Origin: Planctomycetota bacterium
Lineage (GTDB): Bacteria; Planctomycetota; SZUA-567; H5-PLA8
Length of the DNA stretch: 64,000 nt
Direction: 5' to 3'
NCBI GenBank assembly: GCA_045863855.1
Contig: BTVV01000014.1
Location: 17,690 to 81,689, forward strand
The notes beneath the pieces were generated by a model. It was not told the origin of the DNA. It did no database searches and saw nothing but the letters and a program-made list of their open reading frames with translations. Shown here piece by piece: positions 30,532 through 39,691 of the stretch. A program made the translations under genes and the position numbers. The first letter of the stretch is position 1, and every line of letters begins with the position of its first letter.

Positions 30532-31590
30532 CTACGAATCTTCCAGGCTGCGGCGCTGCCTTTGAGCTTTGTGAATTTGCTTCCAGCGCCGCTTCACGTT
30601 CAAGGCCAGTTGGGGATCGGCTTGGCGCGTCTGGAACGCGGCTTCTCGCCGCAGCTTTTCGAAGTTGGACCAGCGTCCGGGCTCAAGCTGGCCGCTTTCC
30701 AAGGCGGCTCGGACCGCGCAGCCAGGCTCGGCCTGGTGGCGGCAGTCGCGAAAGCGGCAATGCAGAGCAAGGGCTTCCACGTCCTGGAAGGCCTCGCCGA
30801 TACCGCCGCCCTCCGCGAGTCCCAGTTCGCGCATGCCGGGCGTGTCGATCAGCAGCGCGCCGCCGGGCAGGCGGTGCATCTGGCGGGCGGTGGTGGTGTG
30901 GCGGCCCTTGTCGTCGTTACCGATGGAGCGGACTTCGGCCGCGGCGATGCCGAGCAGGCGGTTGACGAGGGTGCTCTTGCCCACGCCGGACGAGCCCAGC
31001 AGCACCGCGGTGGCGCCCGGGGCGAGCCACGCGGCAAGGGCGCTCATCCCTGAACCGCTTATCGCGCTGAGCGCCACGGCGCAGACGCCGCAGGCGCGTT
31101 CGACTTCCGCCGCCGCGTGGGCAGGATCGGGATGCAGATCGGCCTTGGTCAGGACCACGACCGGATCAGCGCCGCTTTCGGCGGCCAGCGCCAGGTAGCG
31201 TTCGAGCCGGCGCGGGTTGAATTCCTGATTCAGCGAAGTGGCCAGAATCGCCACGTCCACGTTGGCCACGATGGGCTGCACGCCACCCCGTGCGGCGGGA
31301 GCGCGCCGAACGAAAACGCCGCGGCGTTCGAATACGCGCTCGATGCGCGCGTGCCCTCCGCCGGGCACGAGGCTCAATTCCACCCAGTCGCCCACGACCG
31401 GACGCGCGTTTACGTCGTGTTCGGCCGCGGCCTTCAGCCGGCCGGACAGTTCGGCCTTTGCCGCGCTTTCCGCGCCCGCGATTTCGTACAACGTCCGGTG
31501 CTCGGCGACGATCCGGGCCAAGCGGCCCGGCAACGTTCGTTCCCCGGTCGTCTGTGCTTCGAAGAACGGATTCCAGCCCCACGCTTCCAT
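30532..31590 (-). CDS. rsgA: Ribosome small subunit-dependent GTPase A
   Basis: PVVGDWV OB fold, ANVD, RRLERYL, LTKAD, GSSGVGKSTL, GRHTTT, IDTPG, CRFRDCRHQAEPGC Zn finger. Confidence 0.95.
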   Translation of the reverse strand: MEAWGWNPFFEAQTTGERTLPGRLARIVAEHRTLYEIAGAESAAKAELSGRLKAAAEHDVNARPVVGDWVELSLVPGGGHARIERVFERRGVFVRRAPAARGGVQPIVANVDVAILATSLNQEFNPRRLERYLALAAESGADPVVVLTKADLHPDPAHAAAEVERACGVCAVALSAISGSGMSALAAWLAPGATAVLLGSSGVGKSTLVNRLLGIAAAEVRSIGNDDKGRHTTTARQMHRLPGGALLIDTPGMRELGLAEGGGIGEAFQDVEALALHCRFRDCRHQAEPGCAVRAALESGQLEPGRWSNFEKLRREAAFQTRQADPQLALNVKRRWKQIHKAQRQRRSLEDS

Positions 31591-31781
31591 GCTTTCGTTC
31601 ACGCTCGGCGCTCCGCTTAGCGATTGATGAATCGCACGCAAGCATGCCCGCGCCGCAAGCCGACGCTCACGACGGACGTGAGGGCTCGGCGCGGACGCGT
31701 GCAAGCGTGCGTGCAGTCAGATCGGAGAGAAGCGGAACCGCCGGGCGAGCGCGCCCGGCATGCGAAAGCGTAAGCTTGCGC

Positions 31782-31838
31782 TTACGAAGCGTGCCCTGCG
31801 CCGGCGGGTCCGCGTACGGCAGTCGCGTTTTTGTTCAT
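31782..31838 (-). CDS. Putative leader peptide upstream of rsgA (MNKNATAVRGPAGAGHAS)
   Basis: Manual translation; GGAGG RBS upstream; stop codon lies in hairpin 31769-31786. Confidence 0.4.
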   Translation of the reverse strand: MNKNATAVRGPAGAGHAS

Positions 31839-31889
31839 AATTTGGACCCTCCGGAGTTGGCCTTCGCTCATGCGAAGGAAGTGCGGGAA

Positions 31890-32855
31890 CTAAACCACAT
31901 GTTCGTGCGTTGTCAACTCGGCAGGCTCGTGCGCGTACAAGTGTTTTGCGAGTTCCACGAGTTTGGCGTCCCGCCAGCGCTCGAGTTCCTCTACACCGCG
32001 GCCGGCAAGGTGCGCGTCCATCTGTTTGAGCACTTCGTGTTTCGCGGCTTCGGGCACGCGGTCCCAGCGCGCCAGATCGGCCATGTAAACTTCCAGGGCG
32101 GGGCCAAGGTGCTCGAAGAAGTTTCGATATCCGCCGGGGCCGCCGGCGAGATGGTAGGTGAGGTGCTGGCCCATGAACGCCCAGCGCAGGCCCGGACCGG
32201 CGTAGAGGGCTTTGTCGACGTCTTCCAGACTCGCGACGCCGCGCGCGACAAGGTCGATGGCTTCGCGCCAGACGGCCGTCGCCAAGCGATTGGCGAGATG
32301 GCCGGGAACCTCCTGGTTGAGCGTGACGGGGATTTTGCCGAGCGCGGCATAGAATTCGTGCGCTTTGCGCAAGCATTCGGGAGCGGTGCGCGGCCCGCCG
32401 ACCAGTTCGACGAGCGGAATCAGGTGCACGGGATTGAACGGATGCGCAATCAAGAAGCGTTCGGGATGCGTCCAGCTTTCCTGCATGCGGCTGGCGAGCA
32501 AGCCCGAAGTACTGCTGGCGACGAGGGCATCCGCGGGTGCGAAACGTTCGATCGTTTCGTGCGCCTCGCGCTTGACCGCGTAATCCTCGAGCACCGACTC
32601 ATGCACGAAAGCCGCGTTTGCCAAGGCGGTATCCGGATTCGGACAGAGGTGGATGCGTTCGATGGCGGCAGGCGCGTAAACGTCTTCCCAAGAGGTGAGG
32701 ATGCGAATGGCCTTCTTGCAGCCGGAGGCCAGCGCTTCGGCGCTGCGGTCGTAAAGGCGTACGTCCAGGCCTCGGGCGGCGAAGAGCGCGGCCCAACTGG
32801 CGCCGATGGTGCCGGCTCCAAAGACGGTGACCGATCGGATCGGGGCGGAAGACAT
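31890..32855 (-). CDS. 3-hydroxyacyl-CoA dehydrogenase family (L-carnitine dehydrogenase-like)
   Basis: VFGAGTIGASWA, VHESVLE, ASSTSG, AHPFNPVHLIPLVE, GHLANRL, GPGLRWAFMG. Confidence 0.9.
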   Translation of the reverse strand: MSSAPIRSVTVFGAGTIGASWAALFAARGLDVRLYDRSAEALASGCKKAIRILTSWEDVYAPAAIERIHLCPNPDTALANAAFVHESVLEDYAVKREAHETIERFAPADALVASSTSGLLASRMQESWTHPERFLIAHPFNPVHLIPLVELVGGPRTAPECLRKAHEFYAALGKIPVTLNQEVPGHLANRLATAVWREAIDLVARGVASLEDVDKALYAGPGLRWAFMGQHLTYHLAGGPGGYRNFFEHLGPALEVYMADLARWDRVPEAAKHEVLKQMDAHLAGRGVEELERWRDAKLVELAKHLYAHEPAELTTHEHVV

Positions 32856-32866
32856 GGGGCGGCTCC

Positions 32867-33799
32867 TTAGAATGCGACTTGGTTTTTGCCCTTTAACTCG
32901 AGCATGCGGCGCGCGTCATCTGGGCGCGCAATTTCGAGCGAAAGCGAGTTCAGAATGCCGCGTATCTTGCGCACCTGGTCGGCGTTGGAGCGCGCCAGTT
33001 CGCCAGGACCGAGGTAGAGGCTGTCTTCGAGGCCCACGCGCACGTGGCTGCCGCGCAGCGCTCCGGCGGTGGCGAGAGGCATCTGATGCCGCCCCGCGCC
33101 AAGGACCGACCAGTGTAAGGCGTTACCGAACAGGCGCGTGGCGGTCTGCGCCATGAAGTTCAGGCATTCCATTTCAGGCCCGATGCCGCCCAAAATTCCA
33201 AAAATGGTTTGGATGAACAGAGGCGGACGGACGAGTTTTCGATCCAGAAAATGAGCTAAATTATAGAGGTGTCCCGCATCGTAACATTCGAACTCGAATT
33301 TCGTACCGCAGCCTTCACCGAGGTCTTTCAGGATCCGTTCGATGTCGGCAAAGGTGTTCTTGAAGATGAAGTCCTTGCTGCCGGAGAGGTACCCTTGCTC
33401 CCAATCGTGCTTCCACTCCCGAGGCTTTTCGAGCATCGGGTAGAGCCCGAAGTTCATCGAGCCCATATTCAGCGAACACATTTCGGGCTTCGCGCGCAAC
33501 GCCGCTTGCAAGCGGTCGGTGACGGTCATGTTCTGCCCGCCGCCGGTGGTGATGTTGATGACGGCGTCGGTGGCGCGCTTGATCTCGGGAAGGAAGGCCA
33601 AGAAGGCGTCCGGATCGGGGGAGGGGCGGCCATCGAGCGGGTCGCGCGCGTGGAGGTGGAGAATGGAGGCTCCGGCCTCGGCGGCGGCGATGGCTTCGGA
33701 CGCGATCCGCTCGGCGGTGACCGGCAGGTGCGGGGACATGCTGGGTGTATGGACGCTGCCGGTGATGGCGCAGGTGACGATGACGGGGCGGGGGGGCAT
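32867..33799 (-). CDS. Beta-keto acid cleavage enzyme (3-keto-5-aminohexanoate cleavage / DUF849 family)
   Basis: IVTCAITGSVHTPSMSPHLP, LHLHARD, SLNMGSMNF, FEFECYD, HVRVGLED. Confidence 0.95.
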   Translation of the reverse strand: MPPRPVIVTCAITGSVHTPSMSPHLPVTAERIASEAIAAAEAGASILHLHARDPLDGRPSPDPDAFLAFLPEIKRATDAVINITTGGGQNMTVTDRLQAALRAKPEMCSLNMGSMNFGLYPMLEKPREWKHDWEQGYLSGSKDFIFKNTFADIERILKDLGEGCGTKFEFECYDAGHLYNLAHFLDRKLVRPPLFIQTIFGILGGIGPEMECLNFMAQTATRLFGNALHWSVLGAGRHQMPLATAGALRGSHVRVGLEDSLYLGPGELARSNADQVRKIRGILNSLSLEIARPDDARRMLELKGKNQVAF

Positions 33800-33813
33800 G
33801 GCCGGCCTCCTGG

Positions 33814-33858
33814 GTTTCCCTACAAGAAACACTGTATCTTGAAAAGAAACGATGTCAA
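33814..33858 (-). promoter_or_regulatory. Sigma70 promoter with two tandem palindromic operators
   Basis: TTGACA (33858-33853)-16 nt-TACAGT (33836-33831); GTTTC-N7-GAAAC (33814-33830) and GTATC-N7-GAAAC (33834-33850), 20 bp apart. Confidence 0.7.
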
Positions 33859-33898
33859 GGGACCGGCTGCTCGAATCTTTACGCTTCGCCTGCAAGCA

Positions 33899-34489
33899 TC
33901 AGCGTTTTTTGGAACGTTTGGGCTTGGCGCCGGCCGGTTCGTCCTGCACGAAAAAGTCGAGGTAGCGGACGGTCTTCGAACCTAGGGCGCGGGCGGTATG
34001 CGGGAGGCGCGGGTTGAAGTAGAGCGAATCGCCGGGCTCGAGCACCATCGTGTCGGCCTCGATGGTGAATTCCATGCGCCCTTCGAGCATGTAGACGAAT
34101 TCCTCGCCGCCGTGCTGGAAGGTGCCGGGCGGGTCGGTGGGCTTCATGGTGAGCAGAAAGGGTTCCATGGTTTTACCGGGCATGGCGAGGGCCAGCGCTT
34201 CGTAGGCGTATCCGAACTGCGACCCGTCGCGGGTGATCCGTTCACCCTGGCCTTTACGGGTGAGGACGTAGTTCGGCCGGTCGTTCGATTCGCTGAAGAA
34301 TTCGGCCAGCGGCACCTGCAGCGCGTCGCCGATGCGCAGCACCGTGGAAATGGGCGGCGAGATCAGCCCGTTTTCGATCTTCGAAAGCGTACTCTTGGTG
34401 AGGCCCGCGCGTTCGGCGGCCTCGGCGAGGCTGGAGCCTTTTTTCTGGCGCCATTTGCGGATGTTCGCGCCGACGGTTTTCTCGTCCAT
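33899..34489 (-). CDS. XRE-family HTH + cupin transcriptional regulator (PuuR-like)
   Basis: VGANIRKWR...LTKSTLSKIENG HTH; MEPF, HGGEEFVYMLEG, LEPGDSLYF...PH cupin. Confidence 0.95.
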   Translation of the reverse strand: MDEKTVGANIRKWRQKKGSSLAEAAERAGLTKSTLSKIENGLISPPISTVLRIGDALQVPLAEFFSESNDRPNYVLTRKGQGERITRDGSQFGYAYEALALAMPGKTMEPFLLTMKPTDPPGTFQHGGEEFVYMLEGRMEFTIEADTMVLEPGDSLYFNPRLPHTARALGSKTVRYLDFFVQDEPAGAKPKRSKKR

Positions 34490-34540
34490 GCGCCCCAGTA
34501 TACGTCGGACCGCGGCGCTTGCCCGCGCCGGAAACGAAAG

Positions 34541-35197
34541 CTACCGCGCGGCCAGAATTTCCCGCGCCGCGCGTACGACGCGCCGGCGCAGTGCGTAGCC
34601 GCCGATCATCCCCAGCGCGCCGAAAAGCCCGAGCGGCACGCTCCAGTCCAGGAGGCGTCCGCCCACAAATCCGGGCCAGTTACTGCCGAGATGGATGGCC
34701 AAGGCTAAGGCCATGCAGGCCGGCGAGACGGTGGTGATCCAGCCTGCCGCGATCAGCGTGCTGCGGGCGAGCATGCTCGTGCGCCCCAGCAATTCGGCAT
34801 GCACCAATCCGAGTACGGCTCCGTAGAAGATCCAGGCGACGATCAATGGAGCGAGCCAGATCGATACTTCCCAAACGATGCCCACGCCGGGCGTGGCGAC
34901 CATGATCCCAAACGCCGAGCCCAAGGCGATGACGATGACAAGCCACTCGGCGAGCGAACATTGAAGCCGCCGAAACAATAGGTGCCCGAAGTACATGCCC
35001 AAACCGGCGGCGACGGCCACGTTGGCGGCGCTGCCGACGATTTGCAGCCAAGGGGTGAGGATAAACAGGTTGGCGGCGGTGAAGACAAGGGCCAGCGAAA
35101 CGGCCCAGCGGAGCATGCCTATATCGAAGCCCGCGCGTTTTGCGCGGAGCGAGCGGTTCGTGAGCGGGACGGTCAAGGCCGCGGCTTGCTCGCTCAT
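34541..35197 (-). CDS. Integral membrane hypothetical protein
   Basis: Six to seven hydrophobic segments; overlaps the upstream gene stop. Confidence 0.7.
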   Translation of the reverse strand: MSEQAAALTVPLTNRSLRAKRAGFDIGMLRWAVSLALVFTAANLFILTPWLQIVGSAANVAVAAGLGMYFGHLLFRRLQCSLAEWLVIVIALGSAFGIMVATPGVGIVWEVSIWLAPLIVAWIFYGAVLGLVHAELLGRTSMLARSTLIAAGWITTVSPACMALALAIHLGSNWPGFVGGRLLDWSVPLGLFGALGMIGGYALRRRVVRAAREILAAR

Positions 35198-36702
35198 TCG
35201 CGCAGTTCCTGGGCGGGCGGCTGTTCGGGTTGGGCGGGCGGCAGGCGGAAAACGGGGTCGTCGGCCGGGGCAATAGAGCTGTTGAGCGTGGGCTTGCCCG
35301 ACATCTTCAGCTTTTGAATCGCAGCCTCGGGAATGTGCTCGTTGCTCCAGTGGTTGTAGCCGCCGTCGTCGTGTCCGTCGGCTCCCACGCCGTAGATGCG
35401 CAACAAGCCCGGATGGAGCGGGGGCTCTTCTGGCGCATTGGGAAATTGCCGCACGAAGCCCAGCGGGTCGGAACGACAGCGCAGCGGCATTCCGTTGATC
35501 GTATCCGTGGGTACACGCTCGAGATACTGGGGCGCCAGGTCCTCGATCCGTTCGGGATCGCGCCCGTGCTCTATGCGGTATTCGAGCAGCGCCAGCGCCG
35601 TGTCGGCGGCAAGGGCCTGATCGGCGGAACGAATGTAATTGTCGGCAAAGCGTTCGATGACCGGAATCAGCAACCGAGTGAGCGCGGTGGGGCCGTTCGA
35701 TTGTTCGTTAAGGAGTCGGTCCACGGTTCCGGGCTCGATACGCTTGCCGGCTTGGAGCTTCGCAAGCATGAAGCTGTAGATATTCTCCATCGCTTGGCGT
35801 TCGGATCCATACCAGACGGACCAAACCCCTCCGGCGCGGGGTACGGGAATACCCAGGCCCGCGGCCGCAGGACTTATATTCATTGAAAACATGCCGTCGA
35901 ATGTATACATGCCGAACCGGGATTCGCCGTCCAGCAAACGCGCCGCGCGTTCCAGGGGCTGGCGCTTTAAAAAGTTGGCCGCACGGTAGGCGCGCACGTC
36001 TTCGAGTTGACCGGGCGTATGACGATCCACGATCTGCTGCAAGGTTTGGTCGGCGATGCCGTCCATGGCCACGGCCACCAAGCCGTTGATCAGGATCGGA
36101 TCGGTTTCGGCGAAGCGCGCGAGCCGGTAAATGGCTTTCAGCCGTTTCGCCGCGGCTTTGTGGTCACCGGCTCTGGCATGCCAAAGGGCGTCGAGGGCGA
36201 GAATCCGCGCCGCGCGCCGAAGTTGCGCGAGATGCGGAAGCAGGATCCCGAAACCCTTTGAGTAGTCCAAATTCCAGTGGCTGCGTTCCAGCTCGGCCGC
36301 GCTCAGGAGGTCCAGGAGAGACGTTTGAAGAGCCGCGAACTCCGAGGCCACGTTGGGATCGTCCCACATCTCGGGGAGGTAATGTCCGAGTCTGCTTTCG
36401 ATGTTTTCGGTGGCGCCGGCCGCATAAACAGGAAAAGCCGCAAAGGCCTTATTCAAAGTGAGCGCGGCATTGTGTTCATCAGCCAACGGCGGCGGCGCTA
36501 ATTCGTGTAGACGTTTTTTGCTTTCCGCGTAATTCGCCTGCGGATCGCCGGCGTCTACGCGCATGATGACCAGAGCCAGCCCGACCGCCAGGCCCAGCGC
36601 CAGCGGAAGTTGCCACAGTACGCGGTGACCGGGGCAGAGGTACCAGGCCGCCAAGGCCGCGCGGTCGAGTCTGCCGGATGAAGCAGGCGATTCGGTCTGC
36701 AT
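35194..36702 (-). CDS. Membrane-anchored helical hypothetical protein with pseudopilin-like C-terminus
   Basis: TM helix, NAA motif, LLPHLAQLRRAARIL, PILINGLVAVA, LALLEYRIEHGRDPERIEDLAPQYL, IYGVGADGHDDGG. Confidence 0.75.
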   Translation of the reverse strand: MQTESPASSGRLDRAALAAWYLCPGHRVLWQLPLALGLAVGLALVIMRVDAGDPQANYAESKKRLHELAPPPLADEHNAALTLNKAFAAFPVYAAGATENIESRLGHYLPEMWDDPNVASEFAALQTSLLDLLSAAELERSHWNLDYSKGFGILLPHLAQLRRAARILALDALWHARAGDHKAAAKRLKAIYRLARFAETDPILINGLVAVAMDGIADQTLQQIVDRHTPGQLEDVRAYRAANFLKRQPLERAARLLDGESRFGMYTFDGMFSMNISPAAAGLGIPVPRAGGVWSVWYGSERQAMENIYSFMLAKLQAGKRIEPGTVDRLLNEQSNGPTALTRLLIPVIERFADNYIRSADQALAADTALALLEYRIEHGRDPERIEDLAPQYLERVPTDTINGMPLRCRSDPLGFVRQFPNAPEEPPLHPGLLRIYGVGADGHDDGGYNHWSNEHIPEAAIQKLKMSGKPTLNSSIAPADDPVFRLPPAQPEQPPAQELRE

Positions 36703-36841
36703 CTTCCTATCTTACTTCATCGGTGCTTATCCTTACAGGCGCACTCGTGCGCGTTGACGATGGCCGGTCGTTGGCCTAATCTGCTCCCTCTTTATTGGGG
36801 AGGCGGTGCGGATCCCCGCGAATCGGAAGGGAGCGGTTTCG

Positions 36842-38815
36842 ATGGCGTCGGTGCTTGAAGCCCTGGAAGCTCTGGAGGCGGAGGCGCGCAGCGCATTCGC
36901 CGCGGTGAAGTCGGCCGAGGACCTGGAGAAGGTCCGCATCGAGTACTTGGGCAAGAAAGGCAAGTTGAAGGACGCCAAAGCGCAGGTGGGCCAGGCCGCG
37001 GCCGAAGACCGGCCCAAAGTCGGCGCGCGCGCGAAGGAACTCGAGGCCGCCGTGCAAGTCTGCTTCGAAGAGGCGCAAGCGCGGCTGGTTTCCGGCGGCC
37101 CGGCGCTGAGCGGCGTCGAAGCGCTGCGCGACGAGCGGATCCAGAAGCTGAAGAAGTACGAAGCCGTACACGGCGCAGGCAGCGCGTGGGGCGCGCGCTT
37201 CGCCAACGTCTCGGCCATCGAGGATCTGCGCAAGAAGTTTCCAGCGCTGGCCGAGGGCCAGCCACCGGACAGTAACCAGACCCTGGGCACAGGCCGGATC
37301 GCCGCACGCGTGATGCTGCGCCGCGACCAGTCCAAGAAGCTGATCTTCCTGACGGTGGCCGACCAGTCGGGCGAGTTGCAGGTGGCGCTCTGGAACAAGA
37401 AGCTGCCCGAGGCGGCGCTGGACCTCCTGCGCGAATCGCTCGACCTGTGGGACCTCGTCGGTGTGGAAGGCGAGTTGGCTTACACGCAGCGCGGCGAACC
37501 CACGCTGTGGGCGACGGAGATCAAGCTGCTGACGAAGTGCCTCGCGCCGCCGCCCGAGAAGCACCACGGTCTGACGGACAAAGAGACGCGCTACCGGCAT
37601 CGGCATCTGGATCTGATCAGCAATCCGGATTCGCGCAAAGCGTTCATCACGCGCGCGAAGCTTGTCAGCGGCGTACGGCGCTTCCTCGACGATCAGGGCT
37701 TCCTGGAGATGGAGACGCCGGTCTTGCAAACGATCCCCGGCGGCGCGGCGGCGCGCCCGTTCAAGACGCACCTGAACGCGCTGGGCATCGACATGTTCAT
37801 GCGCATCGCGACCGAGATCCCGCTCAAGAAGCTGCTCGTCGGCGGGCTCGATAAGGTCTACGAACTGGGGCGGATTTTCCGCAACGAGGGTGTGGACTAC
37901 AGCCACAATCCCGAATTCACGACAGTCGAATTGTATCAAGCCTACGCCGATCTGCGGGACATGATGGCGCTCGTCGAGAACCTCGCCAGCCACCTCGCGC
38001 GGGAACTGACCGGCGGCACGACGGTCACGTTCCGCGGCAAGCCGGTGAAGCTCGGCGCGCCCTGGCCGCGGCTGGACTATTGCGAACTGCTTGAAAAGCA
38101 CGCGGGCGTGAAGGCGACCGACGAAGCGGGCCTGGACCGCAAGATTCGCGAGGCCGGCGAGAACCCGGAAGGGCTCTCGATGGTGGACAAGATCGATGCG
38201 GTCTTCGGCACGTACGCCGAACCGCACCTGACCGACGCGTGCTTCGTGATCAACCAGCCCGTCGAGATGAGCCCGCTGTGCAAGGCGCATCCGGAGGATG
38301 CGGCGAAGGCGCACCGTTTCGAGGCGTTTGCGGCGAGCATGGAGATCGCGAACGCGTACAGCGAGCTGAACGATCCGTTGGAGCAGCGCAAGCGGCTGGC
38401 GGCGCAGATGCGCGAGACTTGGGCGAAGTTTATGCGCGAAGTGCTGGATGAGCCGGGCGCTTCTATCGGAGCCGATTTGAAGATCGGGATCGAAGGCCTC
38501 GTGCAGCGGGTCGAGCATTCGGCCGACTGGCAACCCACCGGCGACTCCGATGCGAACCGCCTGCTGCGGTCGATCGAGGCTCAGGTCAAGACCTGGAAAC
38601 GGAAGGACTATTTTTTCGAACGCATGCAGCGCCTGGAAGATCCGTCGCTGTTGATCGACGAAGACTTCCTCCACGCGCTCGAGCACGGCATGCCGCCCGC
38701 CGGCGGGATGGGCATCGGGATCGACCGCGTCTGCATGCTCATCACGGGCTGCGATTCGATCCGCGACGTGATTCTGTTCCCGCTGATGCGGCCGGAGAAG
38801 GGGAGTGGGCAGTAA
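36842..38815 (+). CDS. lysS: Class II lysyl-tRNA synthetase with N-terminal PheRS-alpha-like arm and C-terminal insertion
   Basis: OB anticodon domain, PEKHHGLTDKETRYRHRHLDL, ETPVL..GGAAARPF, RIFRNEG..HNPEFT, EIANAYSELND, GMPPAGGMGIGIDR...IRDVILFP. Confidence 0.97.
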   Translation: MASVLEALEALEAEARSAFAAVKSAEDLEKVRIEYLGKKGKLKDAKAQVGQAAAEDRPKVGARAKELEAAVQVCFEEAQARLVSGGPALSGVEALRDERIQKLKKYEAVHGAGSAWGARFANVSAIEDLRKKFPALAEGQPPDSNQTLGTGRIAARVMLRRDQSKKLIFLTVADQSGELQVALWNKKLPEAALDLLRESLDLWDLVGVEGELAYTQRGEPTLWATEIKLLTKCLAPPPEKHHGLTDKETRYRHRHLDLISNPDSRKAFITRAKLVSGVRRFLDDQGFLEMETPVLQTIPGGAAARPFKTHLNALGIDMFMRIATEIPLKKLLVGGLDKVYELGRIFRNEGVDYSHNPEFTTVELYQAYADLRDMMALVENLASHLARELTGGTTVTFRGKPVKLGAPWPRLDYCELLEKHAGVKATDEAGLDRKIREAGENPEGLSMVDKIDAVFGTYAEPHLTDACFVINQPVEMSPLCKAHPEDAAKAHRFEAFAASMEIANAYSELNDPLEQRKRLAAQMRETWAKFMREVLDEPGASIGADLKIGIEGLVQRVEHSADWQPTGDSDANRLLRSIEAQVKTWKRKDYFFERMQRLEDPSLLIDEDFLHALEHGMPPAGGMGIGIDRVCMLITGCDSIRDVILFPLMRPEKGSGQ

Positions 38816-38819
38816 GGCG

Positions 38820-39608
38820 CTACAGCGTCCTTATATGAAACCCGCCGTCCACGTCGAAGACGGCGCCGGTGCTGAAGGGGAAGCTGCCGCGCAGGATGGC
38901 GCCGACGGCCAGCCCGATATCTTCCGGCGTGCCCCAGCGTTTGATCGGGGTCAGGCCGCCTTCGATAAGCTTGTCGTACTTCTCTTTGACGCCGCTGGTC
39001 ATGTCGGTCGCGATCACGCCGGGGCGGATTTCGTAAGCCAGGATGTTCTCTTCGGCCAGGCGCGCGGCGAAGAGCGCCGTGACCATACCGAGGCCCGCCT
39101 TGGCAATGCAGTATTCGCCGCGGTTGACCGAGGCCGTATACACGCTGATCGAAGTGATGTTGACGATGTAGCCGCGGTCGAGCTTGCCTTCCTTGCGGAG
39201 TTGGATCATGCGCCGCGCGGCTTGCTGAGTCAGGAAAAACGGGCCTTTCAGGTTCACGTCGAGGACGCGGTCGAAGCTCTCTTCGCCCATTTCGAGCAAG
39301 TCCGCGCGCTTCTGCGGCGCGACGCCCGCATTGTTGACCAACGCGGTGAGTGTCCCAAAACGTTCGACGGCGAAGTCGAGCATGTATTTGCGCTGCGCGG
39401 TCTGGCTCAGGTCGGCCTGCACGGCGGCGGCTTGCCCGCCGGCCTGTTCGATCAGGCCCACGGCTTCCTTGGCCGCGTCGGCGTTGGAGGCGTAGTTGAT
39501 CACCACTTTCCAGCCTTGGCGGCCGAGTTCCACCGCGATCCCGCGCCCGATGCCGCGGCTGCCGCCTGTCACCAGCGCCACGCCCGTCTGTTTCGCCGTC
39601 TCGTTCAT
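38820..39608 (-). CDS. SDR oxidoreductase (3-ketoacyl-ACP reductase-like)
   Basis: [17 protein letters not shown] catalytic YxxxK, PG, VDGG. Confidence 0.95.
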   Translation of the reverse strand: MNETAKQTGVALVTGGSRGIGRGIAVELGRQGWKVVINYASNADAAKEAVGLIEQAGGQAAAVQADLSQTAQRKYMLDFAVERFGTLTALVNNAGVAPQKRADLLEMGEESFDRVLDVNLKGPFFLTQQAARRMIQLRKEGKLDRGYIVNITSISVYTASVNRGEYCIAKAGLGMVTALFAARLAEENILAYEIRPGVIATDMTSGVKEKYDKLIEGGLTPIKRWGTPEDIGLAVGAILRGSFPFSTGAVFDVDGGFHIRTL

Positions 39609-39691
39609 CTCGCAGGTGTCCTCCGGCTGAAAGAGTGATAAGGTAACGCTACCGGACGCCATTCGCGCGCGCCAGCGCGGGCATCCGGCCG

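Noticed and set aside
38408..38645. Intein in lysS
   Set aside because: Too short and lacks the N-terminal Cys/Ser and C-terminal His-Asn.
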